Of a stretch of DNA of 64,000 nt, positions 37,112-49,270 are shown one piece after another. This DNA is from Torpedo marmorata (lineage: Eukaryota): contig OZ360242.1 in NCBI GenBank assembly GCA_977017645.1, positions 37,882,001 through 37,946,000 on the forward strand, in the 5' to 3' direction. The first letter of the stretch is position 1. Each line of letters begins with the position of its first letter. The notes below the pieces were generated by a model, which saw only the letters and a program-made list of their open reading frames with translations, searched no databases and was not told the origin of the DNA. Position numbers and translations under genes: made by a program.

Positions 37112-37964
37112 TGCCAAAATGGCGGCACTGCCAGAGCCTACAGCTGGTGCGTACCCGCGGGGAGCGGAGGTGCAGCGCTCCCGCGGGATCCAGTCGCCCA
37201 GTCGACTGCCGTCGGCTCCGCAAGGACTTTGAACGGCCCATTGAGGGAGCCGACAGTGGTTTTTATTTGAGATCCCGCGACCCCGGGGTCTGCGCCCAAG
37301 ATGGTGGCGCCTATTAATCAGTAGCAGCCATGAGGGGCTGCAGACTCTGGGGAAGCGGAGGACTGGAGCAGGGCACCACAGGACGGGAAGATCACTCCCC
37401 GTCTGAGAAGGAAAAGCGGAGGAGACGACCCACGGGACGGTGACCACGGCGGCGGACCAGTGAGAGGCTCTGACGCTGAAGGACCAGTGCATGCGGCGGG
37501 CTGCTGGCGACTCGAGGAGAGGAACCAGCGGAGGCTGTGGGCTGCTGGATACTGCTGTCGGGAGACTCGCATCGGGCTATGGACTGCTGGAGACTGGCTC
37601 AAACTGGCTGGAGGGGTACCAGGTATCAGAACCGGGATGCGATGGGGTGCTGAAGGCGCCGAATGGTTCCTGACCATGTCGGTGGTTCGGATCTGGAGCT
37701 CGTGTTGCCAATGGTTTGGACTGGTCTCTGTGTGGCTGCGGAGGCTGCAGAAGCGCTGGAGGCGAATCTACGGACACTCGGTGACTCTGGGGGGACTCTC
37801 TTTTGCTTCTCTTTCTCTGACTGTAAGTCTGACTGTAAGAAATGTAAGAGGCGCTTAGGCAATTTCTGCTGGTGGCGAATCTGTCTGCCTTGCAGCAGGC
37901 AAAAAGAAATTTCATGTAATATGACACTGTCTTATTACTGTGATAATAAATTGAATCTTGAATC
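37112..37964 (+). mobile_element. GC-rich non-coding element with Rex1-like 3' end (putative non-autonomous retroelement)
   Basis: CpG-rich body with AAAATGGCGG and AAGATGGTGGCG motifs. 3' end GCAGGCAAAAAGAAATTTCATGT...AATAAATTGAATCTTGAATC resembles Rex1 3' ends in this window. Confidence 0.65.
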
Positions 37965-40759
37965 AAAGCAAGTTTTTTTTTTTCAAGAGTCAGATCTCTT
38001 GAGCCATGAAGATGCTAAGAAACACTGATGCTGATGTTTATCCAGAAACAAAGCGATAACTGATTTGCTAGAATGTTTCCATAGCCAAGTAAGACCTGAC
38101 ACCTGATTTCGTAGGAAAGTTTTTGGTTCTTTTTTGGCATTGCACAATGTGAAAACAAATGGGATAGGTGGTTTTGGGGGAAAAAAACATGCTGCACAGT
38201 CAGCCAGGTTAATAAATGAAGAATGATTAGACCTTCTGCTGAGACGTTTGATATCACTAATGCTGGAAGAGCAGTTCAAAGATATCTCGTGCAATTTGTT
38301 TGACCCACTGAGGTGAGGAAATGAGCAATTTCATTATTTTATATTATTTAGGGATTGTTTGAATTAAGTAACCATGATCTTGGGTTTATTTGTGTGAAAT
38401 AAAGCAGCATATTGATTAGTATCAGGCCTCGTGTGTTTCTTCAACTCGTCTTCAGTTATGGTGAAGAAATAGTTGTGCAGGAGAAAAGTACATCCCAGTG
38501 CATGTTGAAGGAAGGTGAGATTATCATTCATACACACATTGTAGTGCGAGTTAGCTTCTATTCACAGGCAATGGTGACACAAATTGTGTTGAGTCCAGAT
38601 GTCACAGAATCTAAATATCTATGGCAGAAGTAAACTTAAAACAGTAGCTCTTTATTTTGTTGAAAAAGCTTTACTTCTTTCTTGGTTCCCATAATCAATG
38701 TAAATCTATAAAATTACAATCCAAAATTGAAATAAAGGAAAATAAGATAATTGCTTAGAAATTCAATAGTGGAATACTTTTTTTGTGAGTAAAGTGCATT
38801 TAAAAATAACTTTATATTTAATGAAGTGCAACACATGACTTACAACTTCTGGTGCTGAACATAAACTGTTGGAGAAACATAGCAAGTCAGTCATTTTATT
38901 GCATCTCCACAATCATTTCCAGGTTGCTTCATGTGGCTCCAGAAATCCAGCAGGGCACTTCCAGGTACGAGACAACCATAAAGCCCTGAAGGGATCAGCA
39001 CAATAACATCACTCCCTGTTCCTGGACCAAATTGTCTAAGTTCAAGTTTAAGTTCACTATTACTTGAGGAATGCCTATGCACAAGGATCGACAACACTTT
39101 GTGTGATTGCATACGTTTATGTCACTTATGGTCCATAGTTGTAAATGTAAATAAATGCTGTTTTAGTCATTCATCGGGCAAATTGTGCAGCCATTGGTGT
39201 TTCTGAAGGAGACAGCCAGAATTCAATCATTCATACTGAAGTTTGTCCCAGATTTACACCAATTTGGTCCAAGAATTATTGAAGGACAAATGCTGCCGTG
39301 TCCGCCACCAGGTTTGAATCCCAGTGAATCTAGCTGTGAAGCTTGGATTGGCTTACCTTGGGATTCCCCTCTTAAGCAGACACCACATTCTTTGCAATCA
39401 AAAATCTTGGCCTTTGGAATGAGGAAAGTAAATTATTTTCTTCAATGATTTTCTTAAAAATTATATTATCTTATGTTTTAATGTATTTTAAATAAAATAG
39501 TTTTCATGTATTCATCAATTATACAATTTTAATTATGTTAAATGTCTTTGAATGTCAGAGACAATTAAACCAATAAAAGCTTTAGCAGCAGACAAAGCCC
39601 TGGCCTCTGTTTTCCTCCCCATCAAAGCCTGTTCTAGGGGTCAGACTTCAGCACGATACTGCAGGTGGTCTTGTATTTCTTGACACCTCATCGTGCCTCA
39701 GAAGATCAAAAGTGAATAAATAGCCCTGAATCTGTGGTCGGCAGTGAAGCCACAGCATAAGATGCTGACCCTGAAGACAGTTCCCAACACAATCTGCTGA
39801 GCTCTGCAGAGACGATCCTCCCATTTATTTGATGCCGAGGCATTCCTGGCACTCAGCATCTTTGATGTCATTAAGCTGGCTAAGCAGCTAATTACATTAT
39901 TTTCCCATATAGTATACACAGAAACAAATGGGCAGTTTTTAATTAACTTTTTAAGCATTCTAGAGATTGCCTCGCAATGTCTGGAACATAAACGATAGAA
40001 AGATTCTGCAAAAAGAAATATATTATACATATATCTATTTTACTGTATCTTGAAAACATTGTTTTGAAATATAAATGTGGTAACTAATGACACGTAAAAT
40101 TCATTTATTTAGATCAGAGTTTGCCAAGTATGAAATATTGCTTCATCAACGCACTTAAACTTGACAGAAGTACAAGATTTACAGGGAAATTTAAAGTGAG
40201 CTCATTGATAAGTAGCTTGCAACAGCATCAGTTCAACTGATTTCCCTTGATTGCGATGAGGAAGGTTACCAGCAACTCAATGATGCTTTCAATTACAGCC
40301 CACAACTTTCTTGCTAATCCATGCTTGCAGAGATATCCAATCCGTAGCAGTGGCTTTGCTATTATAAAAACTACATTGTTTTTTAAGCTTCATGAAGACT
40401 ATAAAAAAATTACCTTACAGAAGTATACATTTTTTTTATTTTACTTGTAAAGTATAGGAACGCTATGTTGAAAATTAGCTAGGACCAGTTTTCTAGCCTC
40501 AATTTTGGCAGATCTCAGAAGCGAGAGGACCAGTGGTTGATAGGAATTGATCATCACATCTCACCTGAACAACCACTGTGATGCCATTATTTGTCCTTCC
40601 AGTTTGTTCAGGGGTTGATGGCAATTTTGAGTCACTTGAGGTTCCCATCTCTGAGGGATGCTTCAGATAGGGGATGTGGGGAAATAGTGACTGCTACATG
40701 AAAAGGGAGGTGAGCAGTTGGGGATAAGGATTAGGTCAGGGTAATGTGCCAACTGAGAA

Positions 40760-41078
40760 CGGCATGATGGCGCAGTAGTGGCACACATCTGCCTCACATC
40801 TCCAGTGATTCAGGTTCGATTCTGACTTCTGATGCTTTTTCTGTGGAGTTGGCACGTTCTCTCTGTGACAGTTAGTTTTTCTCTGGGTTCTCTTCCCACA
40901 TCCCAAAGACATGCTGGTTAGTAGGTTAATTGGTCACTAACTTACTCCTCGTATAGTGAGTGGTGGGAGAATCGGGGAAGTTGATGGGCATGTGAGAGAA
41001 TAGATTACAGGGAATTAAGATTGGTGGGATTGTTCTGAGAGCTGCCATGCACTCGATGGACTGAATGGCCTCCTTCTA
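40760..41078 (+). mobile_element. V-SINE/HE1-like tRNA-derived SINE
   Basis: A-box TGGCGCAGTAGTGG, B-box GGTTCGATTC, CTTCCCACATCCCAAAGAC, CR1-type tail GATGGACTGAATGGCCTCCTT. Confidence 0.8.
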
Positions 41079-41083
41079 GAAAA

Positions 41084-41670
41084 TGGGCAGCTCAGTGGCT
41101 CGCAATGAAAGAGTATGCACACAGACATCAGCAGTGATCCAGGTTCAATCCTGATGTCTGGTGCCATCTGTGTGGTGTTCCCACATTCTCATTAACTTTA
41201 TGGATTCCTAAATTGGATAGGTGAATCAAGACAAGACAAAGTCATTTCCCCTTGATAATGGGGCATCAGTCACCTCCTTTATGGAGCCATAAAAAGAAAG
41301 CTGTGAGATGTGGTGGATGCCACTGGAAGTATCCTGAAGTTTGAAGCTGAGAATGATCGTCGCTTTCATGAGCAAAGCAGACTTTGGACATGTGTGAGCA
41401 CATAGGTCAGAGGAAGTCACAGATTTCATTGTCTTGCTGAAACATAACCCAAGTAGGAAAGTCTATTTATGAGCATGGGTCCCTGTGAACTCCATGACCA
41501 TTAGATATTTAGTGATGAGTTCTTATCCCAATGGCTGCCCATGCTATCTCTGATGCCTGTAATCCATTTTCATGCCATATAGCAAGAGAAGTCTACAGTG
41601 TCCGGCACAGGCATCATGGACTGAAGGGCCTGTTCCTGTGTTGTTAATGTTCCATGATCTTCTGTGTTCT
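41084..41670 (+). mobile_element. Second V-SINE-like head (41084-41220) and CR1-type tail (41605-41670) with unrelated sequence between
   Basis: GGGCAGCTCAGTGGC...CAGGTTCAATCCTG head; GGACTGAAGGGCCTGTTCCTGTG tail. Confidence 0.55.
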
Positions 41671-41680
41671 AATTCCCCAT

Positions 41681-42558
41681 AGATTTCAGATTTCAGATTT
41701 ATTGTCAGAGTACATACATGATATCACATACAACCCTGAGATTCTTTTTCCTGCAGGCGAAATAGAATTACCACTTATTGGTAGTGCAAAAAGACTGTAC
41801 ACAACTATACATGTAAACAAATAAAGAACTGTAAACAGATAACGAATGTAAACAAACTGACTGCAATACAGAGAGAATTTAAAAAATCAATAAAGTGCAC
41901 AAGTAAGAGTCCTTAAATGAGTCCCTGATTGAGTTTGTTGTTGAGGAGTCTGATGGTGGAGGGGTAACAGCTGTTCCTGAACCTGGTGGTGCGAGTCTTG
42001 TAGTACCTATACCTCTTTCCTCATGGCAGTAGCGAGAACAGAGCGTGTGCTGGGTGGTGAGGGTTTTTGATAATTGCTGTTGCTCTCCAACGGCAGCGTT
42101 CCTTGTAAATCTTCTCGATAGTGGGGAGGGTTTTGCTTGTGATGACCTGGTCTTTGTCCACTACCTTTTGGAGGGCTTTACGCTCAGATGGATTGGTGTC
42201 CCCATACCAGACCGTGATGCAGCCGGTCAGCACACTTTCCACTACACATCTGTAGAAATTTGCCAGGATTTCTGGTGACATACCAAACCTCCGCAACCTC
42301 ATGAGGAAGTGGAGGCGCTGACGTGCTTTCTTCACGATGCCATTAGTGTGTTGGTTCCAGGTAAGATTCCCTGAAATAGTGACTCCCAAGAACTTAAATT
42401 TGCTCACCCTCTCCACTTCTGATCCCCCAATGATCACTGGATTGTATACCTCTGGCTTTTCCTTCCTGAAGTCAACAATCAGCTCCTTAGTTTTGGTGAC
42501 ATTGAGTGCAAGGTTGTTGTTGGTGCACCATTCAGCCAAGTTTTCAATCTCCCTCCTG
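41681..42558 (-). mobile_element. Rex1-type LINE 3' fragment
   Basis: EWCTNNNLALNVTKTKELIVDFRK...FKFLGV...KARQRLHFL; (CTGAAAT)n tail. Confidence 0.92.
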
Positions 42559-45018
42559 TATTGTAGTATTGTAGTCAGTATTGTAGTCTGTTTTTAGGAT
42601 CAATGAATTGTTTGAGGTGAAAGGTGAACAGTAATGCTCCTGAGTCCTCTGGAGGAGCACGCAAAAGCACTTTGAATGTTGGCACTTCAAATAACTCCAT
42701 TTCAGGGAAACAGTTTTAGTGAAAGACATTTGTACTGTGAGCAAATAACTGAGGTTCGTGAGGTTGAGTCATACAAGAGATGAATATTGAGCATTGGCTT
42801 ATTGTTGATAGTATTTGTGGAGTCATTGTTTCTTCTGCTTACAAAAATCTTGCTGATGAGACAGCTGATGAACTTCCTGCCAGCAATTATAGGCAAGAAA
42901 AGACATAATATTGTCCTATGCTGGGTTAAGACCATTTTCAATCATGTAGCGCGTTCTTTTCCAGTGATGTGAGAAGAAATCTCCAGGCAATGAAAATGTA
43001 GCCAATTTTTTTACAAACTCAAAAAGAGTGATCGAGAGAATTAATGTAAAAATGGACCCAGTGATGCTATAAAACAGATGCATGTCCTCCAGATTAACCC
43101 ATAATGCAATAAAGTCGGCTGGAAAAGCTGTCTAATTCAGTTTAATGTGGTTACAAAAAACTGTTAACAGAGTTTGTGTTAATGGATTTTGGAAAAAAAA
43201 AGTGACCATTTGGTGCACTTAGATATGAAATACAATGCTGATGGCTCTTCTTGTAAAATTGTCCAGCTATGTATTTGAATCACACATTTGTCATTAACAT
43301 CATGTCACGGTGCACGCATGCTCATTCATACGTAAAGCACTCAACCAACCAACTCATCCATGCAATAAATGAATAAATAACACAATACCACTCACTTTGT
43401 GTATTATGACACAAAGGAACATAATTGCAAATGCATTTTAACGTAGTATCTGCTGGTGTACTTGATCTTTCCCTTTTCAAGATTATGAATGACTGTAGCA
43501 CCAACCAATTGGAGCTAATTTGACTTATTGGGGATAATTTGGATTTTGATTTGTGGTCTAAAATGGGTGTAATTGATTCTGCCAGTCAATAAAAATGAAA
43601 AGCAAGAGAGAGGTATTGCACTTTTGAGTACAATATGTCATTCTGGTTAAACTGTCCTCAATTATACCAGCCAGGCCCTTTTCATTTTTGTGATGGGTTG
43701 CTTTTTGGATACTTCAGCCAGAAAGAGTTTAAATTCCTTTCATTGCAATCTTTGTTGCTACGGCAGTGTGTGTTTGTTGAAATCTACCGCAAAAGTTCAA
43801 GTCAATGGAGCCATATTTTTGAAGTGAACTGCAATTGAGACGTACTGCCCCATGTGTTCAATGCATGCAACCAAGGAATCATTTCAGCCCCCATCCTACG
43901 AAGTTCGAATGCAGCAAAGAAAGAGGCCAAAAGCTGAAGCTGACGCCACCCTGAGCTTTTAAGGGTCATTTGAAACTTCAGGTCAAAGAGAATTGAATAT
44001 TTCAATCATTATATAATACAGATTCTTTGGCATAGATGAATTGTTTAAAAAAAAAAGCAATGTCACCCAGCTTGTACCATCAAAATAGAGCACTAAACAT
44101 ACCTCTTTGATGTAAACTTAATTATTTTCAATTGATTTGATGTGTAAATGGCCAGCAATTGCTTTGAATTGCACACTACATTACCTTCCTCTTCTGATCC
44201 TGGTCAAAATGTTAAAACTGTTTGCATAGGGAGTTCCCCTGCCACAATGCGGACTTTGACCACCATGAATATTGCTTGCACCAACCTCACTTGGGAAAAA
44301 TTGGACCCAGCATCGTCAATATGCCACACTGAGAGAATGGAGCTTCAATTCATCCTCTAAGTACCATCCATACATCAGTAAATACATCCCACTGACATTT
44401 TCTCTTGATTTGTAGGGCAGTAACTTCTTATATTTGTACAAGAGGGAATCTGTTAACACCAGTACTGTCATTACAAACTTGACACCTTCCCCCTCAAGAT
44501 GTAATATCATCACTTCTCCTCCTATCTTTTTTTCTCTATCTGGCCCACTGCTTCAATCACTGTCATTATCACAGGGAAGCATTCCCCAAAGCAAATCCTT
44601 TCATAATCATAAATAGATAACAAAACAGAATAGCAAAAATCCTTTAGCATATTGTCATATGTGTTGTTTCACAAATGTAACTTGTCCATTACTATTTGAC
44701 TGTCATGCTTAAAAAGAAAGAAAAAAAAATGAGGCAACATTGTCTTTGTTTCATTGAATATCACAGGCGAGGTTGCATATATTTCAAAGAGAAATTGAAA
44801 TCTAATTTTTGGTTTGAGTAGAAGCATTGGAAGAACAGCAAGTGATAAATTGCAGAATTTTAAAAAACACCATCTCTTCATCAGAGTTGATGAAGGACCA
44901 CTAAAAGTTCATTTTTAATTGTCTCCATTTTTTTTTGTTTACTTGTTTTAACAATACTTTTTTCACTTTTGTGTTAAGTTACAGATTCAGTCAAACATTG
45001 AAGCATCATTGTAAGAGG

Positions 45019-45134
45019 CATTTTCTCATACTTTGAAGAAGGGCTCAAGCCTGAAACGTCGGTTATGTATTTCTACCTTTGCTACATAAAAGACACTGTT
45101 TGACCTGCTGAGTTCTCCAGCTTTTGTGTTTTTT
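45019..45134 (+). mobile_element. 116-bp solo PLE terminal repeat with 11-bp TSD
   Basis: Near-identical to 8671-8787; ATTGTAAGAGG at 45008-45018 and 45135-45145. Confidence 0.92.
45027..45067 (+). ncRNA. Minimal hammerhead ribozyme motif (U3 variant)
   Basis: CATACT-TTGAAGA-A-GGGC-TCAA-GCCT-GAAA-CG-TC-GGTTATG; differs from the 8679 copy only at variable N7 and a G-C to G-U pair. Confidence 0.78.
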
Positions 45135-46879
45135 ATTGTAAGAGGTCTGTTGGGCAGTAATAGAACATATGCCTGATTCAGCTTGAGCTGCCCAGAGGAA
45201 AGTCTGGCTTAAAATGGTGGCAAAGAGGGAATGAAGTGTTCAGTCAACCATATTGTTCCTAACACCACCACCACCATCCCATTTCTGGCAGATAAAATAG
45301 CCTCCAATGTTTTGGAGCAGCAAAGGTGCTTACAAGGTACATCATCTTCAGTGTAAATAAACTGCCCCATGACTCTGGCTAAAGTAACCAATCTATCTTT
45401 TTGACATGAAGCCAATTTCACAATGCCTTAAATTAAAAACTGTCTCATTGTACTTCAATGACTCTCATTCATAAAAAGAAAAGAAAATACTGCTGGACTC
45501 AACTTATTTTTAGTGAACATGTTCGATTTTGGAAACTGCACCAAATAGTCACTTGAAGATAGAATACAACATGGAAATTTACTAAGACCATTCATTTGTA
45601 TCCTGGAACCATCTCTGAGTAACAAAAAGTATGAAATACTCCTTTGAATTTTTTTAATATTTAAGGGGACATCTGTTGGCATCTGGGGACTTGACAAAAA
45701 ATGCTGCAGACTGCTCTGATCATATCGAAAGTCCACAAAGTGCGCTGCAATAAACTGTGCCTGCTTTCCCTGACGTCTGGCTGCTGATTCAATGGGTTCC
45801 TCACTAGCAATCTTTAGCAGCCTGTCCAAATGAGAAGCGGCAGCATCAACAGCAATGTCAACCCGTGGGTCAATAGTGTCACTAGTCTCTGCACAACGAA
45901 AGATGTTATTGCCCAGAATGAGGCAATATCTCAACAATGCAAATGTGCCCAGAATTGATTACAGCTATAAGAAGTAATCAAATATTTTTAAAAATCCAAA
46001 CTCACAATATTTGTGTCTAAAATTTAACACTTTCCTGCTGGGTTAAGATGTGTGAGTAGCATGGCTAAGTGTCTCCTAAGGGGCTGCAGACTAGGTGCTG
46101 AAAGGCTGCGCCATTCCCAAGTTTGCACAGATGTCCCTGATGAATCAGGAGAAGTTCTTATCCTGAATGATCATAAACAGCAGTCCAGGGCCAACTGAAG
46201 GAGGAACCTGGGATGGCTGTCTGTGGGGCACGAATGAGTGTGTTGTCCAAGAGGTTGCAACGAGAGGTGAGTTGGTGCCCACATGAAGAGGTAGCAGTGT
46301 CTTAAACCCATAGACCACACAATCTGACAGAGGACTGCATGGGCAATGGTGTGAAGATCTGCTGGCATTTAAACTGCTACACCAATGTTTCAATCTTCAA
46401 ACCTAGGGCTGAGCTCACTGACCTACCCAAAATCTCGTGGACCTGGCCTTCATTTTTCTCCTCAGAGTTGGTTTTTCTGCAAAATTGGAACAGGAGGTTG
46501 GGGGTCCCAACAAAACACTCACCATCTCAGATGTGATCCTCATGAACTTTAGAGGCAGCACAGGTATACGGACAGCCCTCACTTCCATGAGAATCTCTGT
46601 GCTGTCTGTTGGGACTTAATCCATTAACCTAATCTGCTCTTGCTTTATGAGGTGGTGCAATAATATCAACAAACAGTGGTCTTTATCATCATTCTCCTCC
46701 TCCTCTCCCTCTCTTTCCACATTGTGTTCTGCACTTCCTCTAATTCTGCCCTTCCTCATGGCCTAACATCATAGCCCATTAAGACAAACAGCAGATCGTT
46801 GTACTTGTACGCCTGGCCAAATTGTCTTAATGTTCATGCAACAGCAAAGCTAGCACTGAGGGTTTACTGTTGATTGTTG

Positions 46880-48500
46880 CAAAGAGATCATACCAAAGTG
46901 ATCTCTGGGGGATCAGAGGTGGAGAGGGTGAGCAAATTTAAATTCTTTGGAGTCACTATCTTGGAGGACTTTTCCTGGATCCAACACACTAATGTCATCG
47001 TGAGGAACGCACATTAGCACCTCTGCTTCCTTAGGAGTTTGTGGAGTTTCTGTATGATATCGGATACCCTGGCAAACGTCTACAGATGTGCAGTGGAAAG
47101 TGTGCTGACTGGCTGCATCAGTGCACCAAGACCACTGAGTGGAAAGCCCTGCAAAAGGTAATGGACATAGCCCAGGACATCACAGGTAAAACGCTGCCCA
47201 CCATCAAGAAAATCGACATGGAATGCTGACGTCGGAGAGCAGCAGCAATCATCAACAATCCACACCATCCAGCACATGCTCTGTTCTCACTACTGCCATC
47301 AGGAAAGAGATCTAGGTGCCACAAGACTCATTCTACCAAGTTCAGGAACTGCTGCTACCCCTCCACCATCAGATTCCTAAGGAATAAACTCAATCAGAGA
47401 CTTATTTAAGGACTCTTACTTTGCACATTATTTATTACTGAATATTTTGTATTACACAGTCAGTTTGTTTACATTTCTTTCTTTGTTTACATTTCTCTCT
47501 GCTCTACTCCCTCTACACCCATGACTGTGTGGCCAGGCATAATTCAAATGTCATCTACAAATTTGCCGATGACACCATGGTCATCGGCAGAATCACAGAT
47601 GGCAATGAGGAAGCGTACAGGAGTGAGATAGATCAGCTGGTTGAGTGGTGTCACAGTGATCACCTTGCACTCAACGTTATCAAAATTAAGGAACTGATTG
47701 TGGACTTCAGGAGGGGGAGATCAGGAGAACACAAACCAGTCCTCATCAAGAGGTCAGCAGTGGAAAGGGTTAAGAACTTAAATTTCCTGGGTGTCAATAT
47801 CTCTAAAGAAATATCCTGGGTTTCCATCTCCATGCAATCACAAAGAAAGCTTGTCAGTGGCTATACTTCGTGAGGAGTTTGATGAGATTTGGTACAGTAT
47901 GTCACCAAAGACTCTTGCAAATTTCTACAGGTGTACTGTGGAGAGCATTCTGACTTGTTGCATTGCTGTCTAGTATGGAGGTGCAAATGCACAAGACAGG
48001 AAAAGACTACAAAGTGTTGTGAACTGGGCATCAGTCTTCACTCCATTGAGGAAATCTACAAGAGGCAGAGTCTCAAGAAAGCAGCCTCTATCTTCATGGA
48101 CCCTCTTCACACTGCTACCATCAGGAACGAGGCACAGGAGCCTGAAGACGAACACCCAATGGTATAAAAACAGTTTCTTCCCCGCTGACATCAGCTATCT
48201 GAATGGACAATGAACCACAGACACTACCTCACTTTCTCTTCTTTTTGCACTAATTTTTGTTTTTAAATGCAATTTACACCTATATTTGCACCTGCAATGC
48301 TGCCACAAAACAACAAATTTTGTGACATATTCATGACAATAAATTCTGATTCTGTTTTCGTATACGTATCTTTTCTTGTGCACAGTTTTTTGCACTACTG
48401 ATAAGCAGAAATTCTGCCTGATTTGCAGGAAAAAGAATCTCAGGGTTGTATGTGATGTCATGTATGAACTCTGACAATAAATCTGAACTTTGAACTTTGA
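46880..48500 (+). mobile_element. Rex1 fragment (46880-47500, 48353-48500) interrupted by a second Rex1-subfamily fragment (47500-48352)
   Basis: YKFADDTMVIG, KELIVDFRR, LANFYRCTVESIL; two distinct 3' UTRs and tails. Confidence 0.8.
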
Positions 48501-48619
48501 GATGCAGTGATTGAATTCAAACATTATACAAGTGGCTTCTTTCTATTCTTTGCTGTGATGAAATGGATGTGATGAAAGATATTCAGTGATTTTTTTTTCA
48601 CTTTTGTTGTCATTGAGGG

Positions 48620-49270
48620 TAAGGCAGATTGAATATAAAGTGTAAAAAATGTGAGGCCATCTACGTTGGAAGAAAAAAATTGGGAAAATCTATGATATTT
48701 TTAAATGGTGCAAGTTTGGCCAGTGTTCAAAGTGACCTGGACATTCTTGTACATGTACCAGTGGAAGGAAAAGTCTAGTACAGGAAGGGATTAGGAAGGT
48801 AAATAGTATGTTGAATTACATAGTGAGATTTGAGTACAAGGGTAAAGACATTTAACTGCAATTACATGGGGCCAGTCGAGGGAATGCAGCAAAGCTTCAC
48901 CAGTTTGATTCTCTGGGATCAGGATTTGTTTTCATGGAAAGATTAAGAAAATTGGGCATATACTCTCTTGAATTTAGAAGAATGATATGTCATCTCGAAG
49001 AAAGAAAGAAAATTCTTTAAATGAGTATATGTGATGCTGATACTTCACCAAAGTCACGTGTCAAGAACAAGGGCTCATCGTCCCAATCTAGAGGTCAGCC
49101 ATTCAAGAAAAATAGAATGATGGAATGAATATTCAGGGTCAAGAGATATGGAGTTAGGAAAGAAATGCTGAAGTAAAAGATCAACCAAGATATTACTGAA
49201 TGGCAAAGCAGGCACAAGGCTGACTTGCTCCTGGCTTCTGTTTCTAATATTCTTTGTTCTGATGTCCCTA
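48620..49270 (+). mobile_element. Old CR1 3' fragment
   Basis: Degenerate LGLYSLEFRRMR-like sequence and CR1 3' UTR. Confidence 0.6.

Noticed and set aside
37014-38028. Many overlapping ORFs on both strands
   Set aside because: Expected from high GC content; no domain recognised.
45455-45937. 160-aa minus-strand ORF
   Set aside because: No recognisable domain, non-ATG start, no clear splice signals; more likely a chance ORF in non-coding DNA.
46134-46160. CTGATGA motif as a possible hammerhead
   Set aside because: No stem II followed by GAAA and no flanking stems; lies in a probable old SINE.
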